A stretch of 64,000 nucleotides of DNA, taken from the NCBI GenBank assembly GCA_013265495.1, contig MU062811.1:3443462-3507461 (forward strand), given 5' to 3'. This document shows positions 35,679-49,400 of the stretch, piece by piece (position 1 is the first letter of the stretch; every line of letters starts with the position of its first letter). The notes below the pieces were generated by a model. That model had not been told where the DNA came from. It ran no database searches and saw nothing but the letters and a program-made list of their open reading frames with translations. The translations under genes were made by a program, and so were the position numbers. Origin of the DNA: Vicugna vicugna. Taxonomy: Eukaryota.

Positions 35679-36689
35679 TATAAAGTTATTTTTAATTTTA
35701 AGGAAAAGGATAACATGCTGAATGGCATATTTGGGGGCTGACTTATTTAATACTACATTACTATGGTTCTCCTTATTGCTATAGAATGCTTAGTTCATTT
35801 GTTCTGACTCTAATATTTCCTGTGAGACTATATCAAATTTATCCATTCACTTTTCTGATGACCTTTGGGTTCTTCCCATACTTCTACTGTTGTGAACATT
35901 CTTGTACATGTCTTTGCACATGTGGGAGGGTTTTTTTGAGATGCTTCCTACTCAGAACTTCTGTGTCACAGCTTTAGGCAGCCAACAGATGTTTCCCGAG
36001 GTGGTTGCAACAACTGACATTAACCAGCAGTAGATCCTTAAGGTAGATTTAATGAATTCTTCCTGTAGTCTGTCAATTTTTGCTTAATCTGTTTTGAGTT
36101 TATGTTACTAAGTGCAACTTGTTTGAAATGGATCTCTTTTTGTGAATGGAACCCTTTGTTAAGGAATGACTAAAAGACATCCCTTTTATCTTAGTTTGTT
36201 TCATTTCATGCTGACATAGCTACCCCAGATTTCTTCTGGTTAGTGTTTTGGCCTGATAATTGTCTTCCATTTTTTCTCCAGTTTTATTGAGAAATAATTG
36301 ACTTCCATCACTGTATAAAGTTTAAGGAGTACAGCACAATCGTTTGATTTACTTATGTTGTGAAGTGATTTCTGCAGTGTTCAGCTAATCTCCATTTTAT
36401 ATAGACACAATAAAAAGAAAAAAAAGAAGAAAAGGGAAAAATTTTTTTCCTAGTGATGAGAACTCTTAGGATTGACTCTCAACACCTTCCCTGAGCATCT
36501 GTTGCACGGCAGTTAGCTGTCATCATCCTGTTGTACTGTACACCCCCAGCACCTAGACCTGCGCGTGGGTGCCTTCTGACCATCTTCCTCCAGTTTCCTC
36601 TTCTCTGACTCCCCGTCTTACATCCTTTTACTTTCAATCTGTGCAGGTCTTCATGGTTTAGAAGTGTCTCTAGGTGTATCTGGATTATT

Positions 36690-36774
36690 ATTTTTTTAAT
36701 GAAGGTGCTGGGGATTGAACCCAGGACCCTGTGAATGCTAAGCATACACTGTACCATGAGCTGTACCCACCCCC
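36690..36774 (-). mobile_element. tRNA-Ala-derived camelid-type SINE
   Basis: aatgaaggtgctggggattgaacccaggaccctgtgaatgctaagcatacactgtaccatgagctgtacccacccc. Confidence 0.8.
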
Positions 36775-36999
36775 AACCTCCGTATCTGGATTCTTAAAAA
36801 TAGAATCACTATTTTTCCTTTAATTGATAATATTTATTAACTCATTGTAAAAATTGGTATTTTGGGACCCATCTGTCATAATTTTTTAATTTTAATATAT
36901 TTTTTTAATATCCAAAATACTATCATTTCAACATATAACATTATTAATTAGATATTTAACATTCTCTTTTTTCATTCTAAGTCACTGAAATATGCTATG

Positions 37000-37480
37000 T
37001 ATTTTTTTAACATTTTTTATTGAGTTATAGTCATTTTACCATGTTGTGTCAAATTCCACCATAGAGCACAATTTTTCAGTTATACATGAACATACATATA
37101 TTCATTGTCACATTTTTTTCCTCTGTGAGCTACCATAAGATCTTGTATATATTTCCCTGTGCTATACAGTATAATCTTGTTTATCTATTCTACATTTTGA
37201 AATCCCAGTCTGTCACTTTCCACCCCCCGTTCCCTTGGCAACCACAAGTTTGTATTCTATGTCTATGAGTCTGTTTCTGTTTTGTATTTATGGGGGGTTT
37301 TTTGTTTTTTTTTTTTTGATTCCACATAAAGGAAAACTCATAAGGTATTTAGGTATTTTTCTTTCTCTTTCTGGCTTACTTCACTTACAATGACATTCTC
37401 CAGGAGCATCCATGTTGCTGTAAATGGCGTTATGTTGTTGGTTTATATGGCTGAATAGTATTCCATTGTATAAATATACC
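37000..37480 (-). mobile_element. Younger L1 3'-end fragment
   Basis: tttttaacattttttattgagttatagtcatttta...tctctttctggcttacttcacttacaatgacattctccaggagcatccatgttgctg. Confidence 0.75.
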
Positions 37481-38039
37481 AAAATATGGTATATATTTTA
37501 ACTTACAGCATACCTCAATTCAGACACAAAATTTTCATCAGAAATAATTTGATCTATATTTAGATTTCATGAAATTTACAGTTGAAAAATAGATTTACAT
37601 ACCCAAATTATTCTAAACATACCTAGAAGTTTGCTAGCAACTGAATCAAGTACAAAGACTTTTTTCCTTTAAATACTTATATACACATTTATAAAACTGG
37701 CTCATCTTTTTTAGAATAATCGATTTGACTTTGAATTAGACATGTCTGCTTGAAAACTATATCCAACTTAAATTCACTAACTCTAATTCAGAAGGGTATT
37801 GCAAAATTAAAAAGCCACACTAGATCTATCAATAGCAACAAAAAGTTCTTCAAAATTTTCTTGCAGTTTTTACAGCCAGTTTACATGCACTGTCAATTAA
37901 AATCTTCTACATATTGACTTAAATTGTAAAAATGTAAAAAAAATTATAAAAATGTGTAACATCAACATTGATTTATAAAGTTTCCATTTCAATATAAATT
38001 GTCATACCTGTTAGCTACCACCTGTCATATTTGAATGAC

Positions 38040-38480
38040 AGTTTCAAATAGATATAAAATTCTAGATTCTAAATTATTTTCCTTATACTTAGAAACTACT
38101 ACTTCATTGTCTTTTTGCCTCCAGTGTTGCTATTGAAAAATCTGATGTTGGTATGATTCTTGTTCCTTTGTATGTGATAGACTTTTTCTCTGTAAGCTTT
38201 ATCTCTGATCTTCTTAAAGTTCTATATGATGTATGTAAGCGTGCGTTCTTTCTTTTTTCTCTGTGGCACTCTGGGCTTTTTTGATCCAATGTGCTTCATG
38301 TTTGTATTATTCCAGGAAACTTATTGTCCATTATTTCTTGAGATATTTTCTCCCTACATATTTATATTCCTCTCTAGAATTCCTATTATTCACATTAGCA
38401 CTTTTACTTTTATCTTCCATATCTCAGCTTTTCTTTTACATTTTTTATTTCTTCAGTCCTTCTTAGGTTTTCTCAGTCTG
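38040..38480 (-). mobile_element. Old L1 ORF1 fragment
   Basis: ITYKGTRIIPTSDFSIATLEAKRQ (38104-38289, -) is an L1 ORF1 motif. Confidence 0.75.
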
Positions 38481-38699
38481 GCCTTCTAACTGACTGATTC
38501 CTAAACTGTACCCCTTCAGTTGTATATCCCGTTTAATGTATTCTTTATTTCAGCTCACGCTGAGGTCTCTAGCAGGTTTAAACTACATGGGATCATACTG
38601 GACATTCCCTTTGTAGGAAACTCTGGGAACCAGTGTCTAACTCACTCCAGCAATAGCCCCCTAGGGCCAAGGCAGCTGGGGTCCTTTGCCATCAACTCC

Positions 38700-40050
38700 C
38701 ACTATCAGTCTTTGGTGGAGGGCTGCTCCTGGGAGTGTTAGCGTCTGACTGCCCACGTGTGTAGACCAGGCTTTAGTGGCCAGGGAAAGTCTTCAGGCAA
38801 AGAGCAGCAGGTGTTGGCCATTGAAATCTGGCCAGCACGCACGAGTCTGTTATATGCTCGAGAGGATATGTGTGGGAATCTACAGAGTGTGCACCTCTCA
38901 GCAGCAGGAAGAAGGCCATAAATGCAAAAGCCCTGGGGCCAGTGAGGAATATAATTTCCAAAGCTGAGACTAATTCCACGGTGTCTGAAGGCTGTGTGGC
39001 TGAGTGTCAGGACTTGGTTTACACCTTCCTGATATTCCTGTTGCAGGACTCCTGAACACTGGTCTCTTGTCTTGTGGCCCAGTACAAAGGCTTTAGTAAA
39101 AACATTAAATGTGGAGTATGGTGACTTCAATGTACAAATTGGTGTAGGGCCTCTTGTATTTGGAGAAAAAGGCCAGCAATTTGTCCTTAGTAGTTGCCCA
39201 GGTGTCCCCCAAGGAAGTTCCTTGGCTGGCAAGACCCTGGATTTTGTCTTCATTCAAGGTCCAACCATCTCTGCTTACCTCTTTCTGAGGAGCACGCAAG
39301 GCAGTGCGGACGATTTCCTCAGCAGGAACCACTGTCAGAGTATCATCGATGGAAAGGAAACTGGGACAGCAGCAGTGCTCATGTGCTGACATGTGATGCA
39401 TTGATAACATGCTGCGGGAGAATCCAGAATCCCTGTGGGATGTGTAAAGGCACATTGCCTGCCTCGCCTGGTGACGAGGAATAAAGCATTGGCAATGTCC
39501 AAGGCTGTCTCCCAAGTGGCAGCAATTTTTTCAGCTATTGTTAGGATAGAATCTGATGACACTACAATATCCACTTCATTACGAACCTTTGCTAGTTCAC
39601 AATGAGGTGCTAAGCACCAGGAACCTTTTTACCAGCCAGTCCAGGTTGTTAAGCATGGAGGTCGTGCTGGGCATCACTCATCAGTTTTCATTAATTCTTG
39701 TATGAGAAGAGTAGTCTTTCTTCTCGGGGTATGCATGCCATATGGGTCAAACTGCATGACCTTGGCCGATGTGAGAGGTGTAATCAGTTCCTGGCTCTGT
39801 ATTCAGTCAGCATTCACAGGAGCTACCAGCAGGGGTCACAATAAGCATGTCCAACCTATAAGTCAACAATTTGCCCTGGGCTGCAACCATCCACCCAGAT
39901 TATACAATCCAGTAACACAACAGCCTCAGTCTAACCGAAGGGTCCGAGGGCCCCAGCGGCAAGTGTGACTGATCGGCCACTGGTAACAAGTTCCACAACC
40001 CAAGGGAGGATTAACTTACCGAGGTGTTGTCAGTCCCTCAACCCTCCAGC
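38700..40050 (-). mobile_element. Decayed class III (ERV-L-like) endogenous retrovirus pro-pol remnant
   Basis: Frame-broken peptides LAAGALGPFG*TEAVVLLDCIIWVD (protease), PSTTSMLNNLDWLVKGSW, TWETALDIANALF, SIDDTLTV (YIDD position), GWTLNEDKIQG, KDKLL. They follow the order of the recalled ERV-L pro-pol motifs (TTSPFNSPIWPV, TWYAAIDLANAFF, YIDDI, GWEINPTKIQG, KDKLL). No LTR pair recognised. Confidence 0.75.
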
Positions 40051-43000
40051 ACATACAAACGGGAGTTTGTCCTCGGGAGCACTTGGAGAGTGGTGGGGAG
40101 CCTTCTTTCAAAGTACCCAAAGCAGGGCGTGGGGGATCTCACTCCGCAGTGTCTGTGAGCCTGTCTTAGTCCTGTTTACCATCCATGGCCACACATAGCT
40201 TTGCAGGAGGGGGCCTCTGCAAGGAGGTCCTCCCCTTTTTTGGTTTCCCCTTCCGCCCAGGGCTGACAAGTCAGACACATTTTGGGCCCCCCCCCCCGCT
40301 GTTTGTCCCCTCCCCACCCCTACGAGGGAGCATATATTGACAAAAGAGGATATTTTGCTTCTCCTAGTGTCCCCTAGAGCAGGTGTACAGAGGAGGGAAA
40401 GGGCAGGGGTCTGGAGAAAGGCAGGTAATGAGTGTCTGCGCTGGGTAGGGGGAAAATTAAGTCTGGAAGGTATGGGGCCTGGAATGCCAAACAAAGGGAT
40501 TCTGATGAGAGGTTTTGATGAGATGGGAGAATCTGGTGCGTCAAGAGTGAGAGAAGGGAAGGTGGGTGTTGTGGGAAGGGCCAGGACCCCGCTGGGCGGG
40601 AGCGGAGACCCTGAGTGCGGCTGACTCCGACTTCCCAGGGTGTCGGGGCCTCAGGGACATGGCCACGGGGGAGCGACTCTGACTCTCACCATAGCCCTGT
40701 CAGCGAGGACAGCCATCTCCATCCCACACCAAGATGAAGACGTTCAGACCAACAGAACGTGGGAGTTTATCACCAACAGACAGAACTTCTAGAAGATGAA
40801 CTTCCAAAAAATGAAAATGACCCAGAGGAGAGATTTGAGAGGAAGAAAGAACAAGGAACAAGTTCATTAATGATGATGATGTCAAATTTGAGGGTGGTTC
40901 TTAAAAAGTTAAGGTCCTGGAGAAGAAAAACTGGCCTCCAGGATATGAACTGAGGGGGCAGGCATCTTAATTCACAGCTTCCCAGCTGGGAAGGGCAGGT
41001 TCTGGGTCCCAGGGGGATGAACTGGACCATCAGCTGACAAGAGCCACAAGCTGTGTATGTCTGCTTGCAGGAATTTAGCAGACTGGGCAGGGGTTGGGCA
41101 CAGCTCAGAGGGACAAAGACTATCTGAGCAAGGAGGGGACCGACCCCTCTTGCCCCTGCTTAGCTTGCAAGCCATGCTTGCTTTGGACAATCCAGCCTTC
41201 AGGCTTAGGTTCCTACACCACACCCAGGAGAAAGGGCCTCCTTGGGGACTGGGCAGGAGGAATAAAGTGACAGGGAGTGGAGAAGGGGTCCTGGGTGGGC
41301 CCTGGTGCTTTAGTGAAGGTGCTATATGGGCTGGTGGCAGAAAGGCAGAGGTATTGGCTTCTGTAAATTAAAGCTGGGCACCCGGAGCCCTTTTGAAGGC
41401 CACGTGTCACATGGAAGGGCATGAGCTGGACTCCTATCCCCTCTGCATATGGCAGTGTCCATGGTCGATGGCTCCTCACCCAACAGACCCTCAGGGACCC
41501 AGGCAGCCTGTCTGGCCCTGCTCCTCATCCTCTGGCCCACCACTGCTGATGCTCAGTAAATACTTGTTGAAGAAATGAAAGGATGTTCTCAACTCTGCTT
41601 TACCCCAGCCCTGGTCAGAGATCACGTGCTCCATTCTGCAGAGAACACCCAGTCAGTGGTAATCCACCCAAGGTCAGATGCCTTGTAAATGGAAAAGCTG
41701 TCCTGATGAGTTAGTGCCCCAGCCGACTCGCCCCCAGGCCCTCACTGGCCCTCACACCAGGTGGTGCCAGGTGTGGAGGCATCATTGCTCCCAGTTCCCG
41801 AGGGCCAAAAGAAGTGTTGCTGGTGGGGCCCCACCTCCTCCATGGGTTCTGCCTGCCCTAGGGGCTCAGGCCTCAAAGATTTGGTGGCTCCCAGCCTCTC
41901 CCACCTCCTGGGGACTGAACTGACTCTTTGCTCCCTCCCAGCCCTTCAGGTGAGCAAGCACAGCCTGGGAAGGGGGCCAGTGTGCATAAGGGCAGGAAAG
42001 GGCAAGCACAGGGCCTAGGGTCAGAGGCCACGGGGATGGGAGAGAAAGCAGTCTGTCAACCAGGGAGGCTTTCTGGAGGAGGCACCTAAGAGTCTCTGGA
42101 CGCCCCTCCTAGTCCTTGGTTCATCATTTACTATCTTAGTCACAGGACCAGGGAGTTAAGAGGCATCCTGGGCCAATCCTGGTCAGTGTGACCCTGATCC
42201 ACTGTTGCTTTAGACAAAGTCTTGGTCATTTCTGGCTCTGATGATGGCCGACAGCCTCCTAACAGGCCACAGAGGGTGAGGTGTGAGCTTTGACAAGAGC
42301 TCAGCCAGGGCTGGCGCTCCCAGGCCAGGGACACTGGACTGCCTGTCCACAACACCGGACATGCCTTATAGGCTTCCGGGAGAATGTACTGAGATTCCCC
42401 AAATCCTAGACACCCCACGGGCACCCTCCCTGAGGACTCTGAGAAAGCAGCTCAGTGTGTGGTGATGGGGCTTGGTGGGTCTGCCATGTAAAAACTGTCA
42501 GTAAAAGCAGTCGGTTAAGGCAAACTTGCTTACATTTTTCCCACCCTGAGGTTATTTTAATCCATTCTTTTCATTCTTTTTGTTGTTTCATTTTTTTTTT
42601 TAAAGAAATCTGTGAACCATCTGGAGTGCATTCAGGTGAAGGTGGGGGACAGACGCCAGTTCTGTCCGACTCCCGTGGGAGCCCCCTTATCACCTCTCCC
42701 TTGATTGAGGGTCTTGCTCGCCCCTCACAGAGTTCGCTCTGAGGAGGATCTCACTTTCCCGGCTGAACTGGACAAGTCTCCTGGGAGGTGCTCCAAGGAC
42801 CTCCCAGCCTCTCTCTCCACACACACCAAGGTGGTGCAGGAGCGAGGGGCAGGACTGCGCTGACCACAGTCCCTGCCCCGCCTGTCCTGGCACCTGGGAG
42901 AGACCAGGGTAACTGAGTCTCTAAAACACCTTCCACTTCTTACCTGAGCCAGCGGGGCAGAGGATAAGATGCGACGTTCCATAGTTGGCCAGGACCAGTG

Positions 43001-43401
43001 CAACCACACCAGGGGTGGCCGGAAGGCTGCCTTAGAGGATCCAGGCTAGTTCTCTCCCTACATCTCTGTTATTTGTGTCACCTATGACCAGGTCTCTCAT
43101 GTCAGAGGCCAGACTCTAAATCACCTCTGAGGGGGTCTTACTCACCTTTGAATTCCAGGTGAATGAATGAATGATTGAGCTCATTCAATCTTCACAAGAT
43201 ATCCTATGAAGCAGTGGTATTTTGATCATACAAATAGGAGAACTAAAGTTCAGAGAGGTTCAATGTCTCACCTAAGGTCACACAGCAGACAATGGAGTCT
43301 GGCTGAGGGCAGTGTTGCTGATGCTCCTCCTGGCACCCTTCCTACCAGGTCTAACCCTGGAATCTGCACCATGACCAGGGAGGAAAAAATAAGGAGGGAA
43401 C

Positions 43402-43407
43402 TTTATT
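43402..43407 (-). terminator. AATAAA polyadenylation signal of SART1
   Basis: tttatt on the + strand, about 40 nt past the stop at 43449-43451. Confidence 0.8.
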
Positions 43408-43448
43408 TAATATTAAAGTTGGGGAGGGGATCAGAAGGGAGGTCAGCT

Positions 43449-46400
43449 TCACTTGGTAATGGTGTTCCTGCGGAGAGAAGAGGGGCATGAGGCTGGAAAG
43501 TGAGTGTGGGCCTCCCCCAGCCCCTGCCGTCCCCCACCGCCCCACTCACGCGTTCATGCTCTTGCCGCTGCCGCTGAGCACTATGTATGGCGTCTTCTGG
43601 GCCTTTTGCTTCTCCTGGAGCAGAGCCACGGTGCCCAGGGGCGTGTCACTGGAGCTCATCTTCTTCAGAAGCTGCGGGGTTGGGGCCAGTCAGCACGGGC
43701 AGGAGCAAGCCCCAGCACCTCAGCCGCCCCCAGCACATCCCAGCCCACCCCCAGGTCCCCTCAGGCACCCACCGCCTCCTCATCCAGCTTCTTCATCCGC
43801 CGCTCCGTCTTCATCTTGCCTGAGCCCTTCCCGTGGAAGCGGTGGGACAGCTGCCGGAAAGCCTGCGACACGGGGCAAACTGTCAGAGCTGCCCAAGCCC
43901 AAAGGGGCGGGGGGGGGGGGGGGAAGCCTGCGGAGGTGTGGTTAGGAAGGGGACAGGAGGCGGTGACCGACCCTGACACCCTCTGGGGTCCCCAGCATGG
44001 TCGGGGAGACAGACTGAGTAAGGGCACCTGGGCTGGGGCTGGAAGGAGGCGGGCAGTGGACCCTGGGAGTGTGCGGGGAAAGGCGCTGGTGGGTGGAAGA
44101 CAGAAAAGGCGAGAGAGCAGGTCGTCAAGTCGGCAGGCGGGCAAAGGAACCAAGGTGCCCGTCTGGCCCTCCCACCAGGCCTGTGAAGGGGACTGCTGGG
44201 CCCACCAGAGAGACGGACACCACCCGGCCCTCCAGCCCAGACCCCGTGGCGCAGCTCTGCCTCATGGCCCCACCTCAGAGAGACCCACTCACCTCCTTGG
44301 GGGTGAGTTTCCGGCCCGTCTCGTCCACGTACTCGATCTTAACATCGGGCTTGTAGCCGTCCTTCTCCTTGAAGTCCTGGGTGAAGCCGCGGTACTCCTC
44401 CCGCCGGCTGTACTTGTCATCGATGGCCCTGGCACGAGACAGACAGGGCCTCAGTGCGAGCCACCGCCCACCCTGCACGGGCCCCAGGAGGTGCAGCCCC
44501 GCCGACAGCAGACCCCCGCCACGCTCACATCTTGTCCTCGATGCAGTACACGGCCGACGGCAGGGACTTGTTGGGCGCCTTCACCCGGGCCACCTTCTGT
44601 ACCGTCGTCTCCAGCAGTCCTGGGGAGAGGGGACTGTGAGACTCCAGGCTGCCCACCCCTCAGAGAGGCCTGGCCCAGGGCAGGCCTGACCCTCAGCAGC
44701 ACAGCGGGCACTGTGGGACCCTCGCAGCCGTGCTGTGGGAGTGGACGGACATGCGGCCCACTGTGCAGACAAAGGAAACGGAGACTCAAGAGAAGGCAGG
44801 CCCTTGTCAAGAACCACTGGCCAACTAAATGGCAGGGCTGGGGTCCTAATGCCAAGGCCTCTCTGTGCCGCAGCGGGGGCTGTTTCTACTCCCTACGTTT
44901 ATCCCTGAAGGACACACCAGGCCTCGAAGGGCTGATACTGCATTGTGGGGTTATACGAGCACCAGCATTGAAAATGGAGTGATGCCGCACGGAAAGGCCA
45001 GCCGCTACTGTGACCGCCCCAGAACCAGGGCGCCGGGCAGGGAGCAGCTCACAGAATCAGGAATGAGGAAGAGGCAGCAGAGGGAGCTGCCTCACTGGCC
45101 TGGCCTGCCACAGTACCCAGGCTGTGGCAGGGCCCATGGCTGCCCCGAGTCCGTTACCTTTGTTTTGACACAGGAGCAGGGCAGCTGCCAGCCCTCTATT
45201 CACGATGGGCTCCTCGTCCAGGATGGTGGTGGAGGAGGCGGAGAACTGAGGGACACACAGTGAAGGGGTGGTAAGTGGGTCAAAGGGGCGCTTTTCACCC
45301 CCATTGCCCTCTAGTCTGAGCACCCACCCGTCATTTAATCCTCATGATAACCCTATGACGTTTATATGCCTCATTTACACACAGGGCGACCGAGGCTCTG
45401 AGACGTGGAGACCCTACGGCTAGGAAGACACAGAGCTGGGGCTGCTGCCCAAGCAGCAGGGTCTCCTGCTCTCGAATCCTCCAGCTCCATCCCAGGTCCC
45501 ACTGCCCCTCACATCTTGCTGCTGCTTCTCCTCATCCAGGTTGACCGTGCTCCAGCCAATGTTCTCCTCCCCGTCGGATTCCGAGCCACCATTGGCTGAA
45601 CGCTCCTCATCCCGCTCGAAGTCCTAGTGGACAGAAGACCAGGCTCAGCCCAGGCAGCCCAGCCCCCAGCCAGCCCACCCCACTGAACACAGAGGCTCGT
45701 CCCTGAGGACCGGCCGGGCTGACACTGCTGCCCACAAAGTGTCCCCCGGCAAGAGCAGAGCAGACCAGGGGAGCGTGAGGGGGTGGGCTGCCCGGGGACC
45801 CACCATGAGCTCCTCCTGCTCCTCCCGGTTGCCGGCCAGCCCGTAGGTGGGGATCTCCCCCAGGGTGCGGCAGAACTCCGAAGTGGCGTTGAACACGATG
45901 GCCCCCTTCCGCTCCGGATCCTCCTCCTCCTCCCAGCCCCGCTGGCGGGACTCCAGCCTCTTCACGATCTCCACCACCTGGGGGAGGGAGCTGCTATGGG
46001 CAAACCCAGAAGTCTCTGGGGTGGAGCCAGAGAGACCCAGAAACCAGAGACCCTCCCTGGTGGCAGTAAGATAAGCCATTCCCACTGCTACAGCGCAGCT
46101 CCGACCAGTCCCTATTTCCTCCCTGACCCCACTCTGCTCTCCGCTCTGTGCCTGCATTGGTCTCACTGGCTCGCTTCTCTGCTCCAAAGCCATCAAGGGC
46201 TCCCTACTGCCCTTTGAATATCCAAAATCCCACACAGCCGTTCATGACCAGGCCTGTGCTGACCCTTCTCCAAAGCCCCTCCTCACTTCCACAGCCTCAC
46301 ACGCCTTCCTCCAGGGCCTGGTGCACAGCAAGACAGTGCCTCTCCCACCACTCCTCTGCCATCCACTGGTCACCACACAAACTCCAGTCTCAGAACTCAG

Positions 46401-49400
46401 CGTAAACATCCCTTCTCCTGGAACTCCTTCCCTGAGGCTGCAGTCAGCTGTTCTATGGAACTTCTACCTGCTTCCAGCACTGAATCCATCACCCACCCAC
46501 CCTCTGCCTTCTCTCCCATCACAGCTGATGCCCGGCTTGCTCCTACCTCAGGCCACCCTCCAGTGGGCAAGGCTCCAAGGGCCCTCAAAACTCTGCTCCT
46601 GACATTACCCCCGCCTGACTGCACTGTCCCCTCTACTGTGTCACTGCCATCAGCACACAGGGATGAACTAGGATCTCCTCTCTTTTAAAACTCTTTCAAC
46701 ACTGCAGCCCAACCTCTCTCCCCCCGACAGCAAACTCCAGAAAAGTTTTTAGCCACCATGCCCACTTTTAAGCACCCCTTTTCCTTCCATCTTATTATAT
46801 TACATTTATTTTTTAATGAACGTCATATACATAAGAGGCTTACTTATAACATATGCATACGTTTTAAAAAGTAACCACCACCAAACACTCACGCACACAT
46901 CACCTGGTTGAGAAACATTATTAACACCCTTTCGGGCCCCAAGTGTCTCCTCCCACATATTTGTGGTCATGATTCACTGGCTTTCCTTTATAGTTTTACC
47001 ACATACAGAAGTATCCAACAGTCTGTTACTTTGTTGTGTATTTTTTAAACATTATGTAATCTGAACCATTCTGTATGATTCCTCTATGATTTGCTTTTTT
47101 TTTTAAAAAAAATAGATTTTTAAGATTAATTTTGACATGAGCGGCTATAGTTCATCAGTTCTTCACTACAGAATCATCTTCCGTGACACGACCACACCCC
47201 AATCTAGTTTTCTAGTGTACCAAGGATGGACTTTTCCTGTTACCACAAGTAACACAGCTAAAGCAATCTGAGGCCAGATTCCCAGCAAGCGCAGGTGAAC
47301 ATTCCTCTGGGGCAGACTCGGAGAGACAAGTATCTTCTCCTTTTGGCCCGTCTTTTTACATTCCTCGTCTTTTTACAAAAAACTTCAGGTTTTAGTTTCT
47401 AGGTAGTTCAATGTTCGTTTTCTTCTTCATGGTTTACGTTTTACATTTATAGCCTAAGGAATCTTTTTCTTGAAATAAGCCGGTCACAAAGAGACAGATA
47501 CTCCATGATCTCACTGATGGGAGGTGCCTAGGGTAGGCAAGGTCACAGAGACAGACAGTGGAAGGGTGGCTGCTAGAGGCTGAGGGAGGGGAGAACGGGG
47601 GAGTTAGCGTTCAGTGAGGACAGAGTTTCAGTTTTACAAGATGAAGAGGGTTATGGGGATTGTTGGTGGTGATGGCTGCACAAGATGATATATATTTAAT
47701 ACCACAGAACCACACTTAAAAATGGTTAAGACAGTAAATCTCATGTGTATTTTAACACAATTTAAAAAAAAGAATCTTTCTCTACCACAAAACCATAAAC
47801 ATAGTTTTTTCACTTTGTTCTCAAATATTAAAGTTTTACTTTTAAATTCTATCTGTAAATGAATTTTGCATAAGGTATGAAGTACAAACCCAATTTCACA
47901 TTTTTCCAAATAGAGAACCAACTGTCCAAATACCACTTACTGCCCTGAGTACTCTTCACACTGGGAGACCACCTGTCCTGCCTCAGGAGTCTGTTTCTGG
48001 GTCCCTCTATTTGATCTTGGCCCCATGAGTTCATTCTTATGACAATATCACACCACCTTAATTACAACTTTATAAAAAGACTTTGTAACCGTTACAGCAA
48101 ATACCACCACCTAATTATTCCAGTGTCTTGGCTATTTTGGGGTCCTTTGATCTTCCAAGTAAATTTTAGAATCACTTTGCCAGGCTTCACAAAAATCCCT
48201 CCTGGATTTTTACTGGAATTGCATTTGATCTATAAATTAATTTGAGGAGACGGACATCTTCACAAAATTTCTTATCCATTAACATGGATGTTATGGACTG
48301 AATTATATCCTCCCAAAATTCGTATATTGAAGCCTGCTTCTCCAATGTCACTGTATTTGGAGACAGGGCCTTTAAGGAAATATTAAAGGTCAAATGAGGT
48401 CATAAGGGTATGTTGGTGTCCTTGTAAGGAGAGACACTAGGGAGTAACACACAAAGGCCATGTGAGGACACAGAGAGAAGGTGGCCATTGCGAGCCAAGA
48501 AGAGAGTCCTCAAGAGAAACCAGACCTGCCAACACCTTGATCTTGGACTTCCAGCCTCCAGAACTGTTAGGATAAATTGCTGTTTTTAAGCCACCCAGTC
48601 TGCAGGATTTTGCTGTGGTAGCCCTTGATAACTAAAACAATATGTCTTGTTCAATGCCTTTCAAAAATGGGCTATAATTTTCCCCACACAGATCTTGCAC
48701 ATCAATCATTCCTTTTTATATTGTTGCTATACTGATTATTCCTTATTCATATTGCTTTTTATTGCTACTATTTCATTACCCATGTTGCTTTCATAAAGTG
48801 TCTTTTTAAAAATGACATTCCTATCTCTATCTTGCTGGTATACACAAACACCATGAACTTTTATCTATTAATCTTGTGTCCAGCAACCTTGTTAAAGCCT
48901 AAGTCTGGCCCCCATTTCCCACCTGCCCACAGAGCCCGCGTTAGCTGGGAGCATCAGTGACGTCCACACTGTCCGATCCAAAGGACAGTCCCCGTCTTCC
49001 TGTTCTGCAAACTACCCAGAGCAGGCGTCCCCGCTGCTCTCACCCTCCCCTCCTGACCTGCTTCACACCATCTCCTCTTTACCCTCCTCAATTGCTCTCT
49101 GTCTCAGGCTCCTCTCAAAGGCCCCCTCTTCTCTCCTTGATCTACACAAACTCTCCTGATTCCATCCAGTCCTCTGCCTTTGAATCCCATCTACATGCTG
49201 ACTTCTGTTTCTCTTTCCCCAGAAGTTCAAATCCATACATCCACTGGCTACTCAATATCAATCATTCCAAACAGGAGGGAACTCAAACCCAACTCAAACA
49301 AAACCGAACACTTGATTTTCTTCCCCAAACCCAGCCCTCCCCTCGCCTTTCCCATCCCAGTACCTGGCCCGGCCAGCAGGCAGCTTGTTAAGACTCAGAA

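Noticed and set aside
43504-44982. Longest ORF in the window (492 aa, +), antisense to SART1 exons 16-19
   Set aside because: Starts at GTG, low-complexity Pro/Gly/Arg/Ala composition, no recognisable domain, and runs across SART1 introns in GC-rich DNA where stops are scarce. Ribo-seq or cross-species frame conservation would be needed to revive it.
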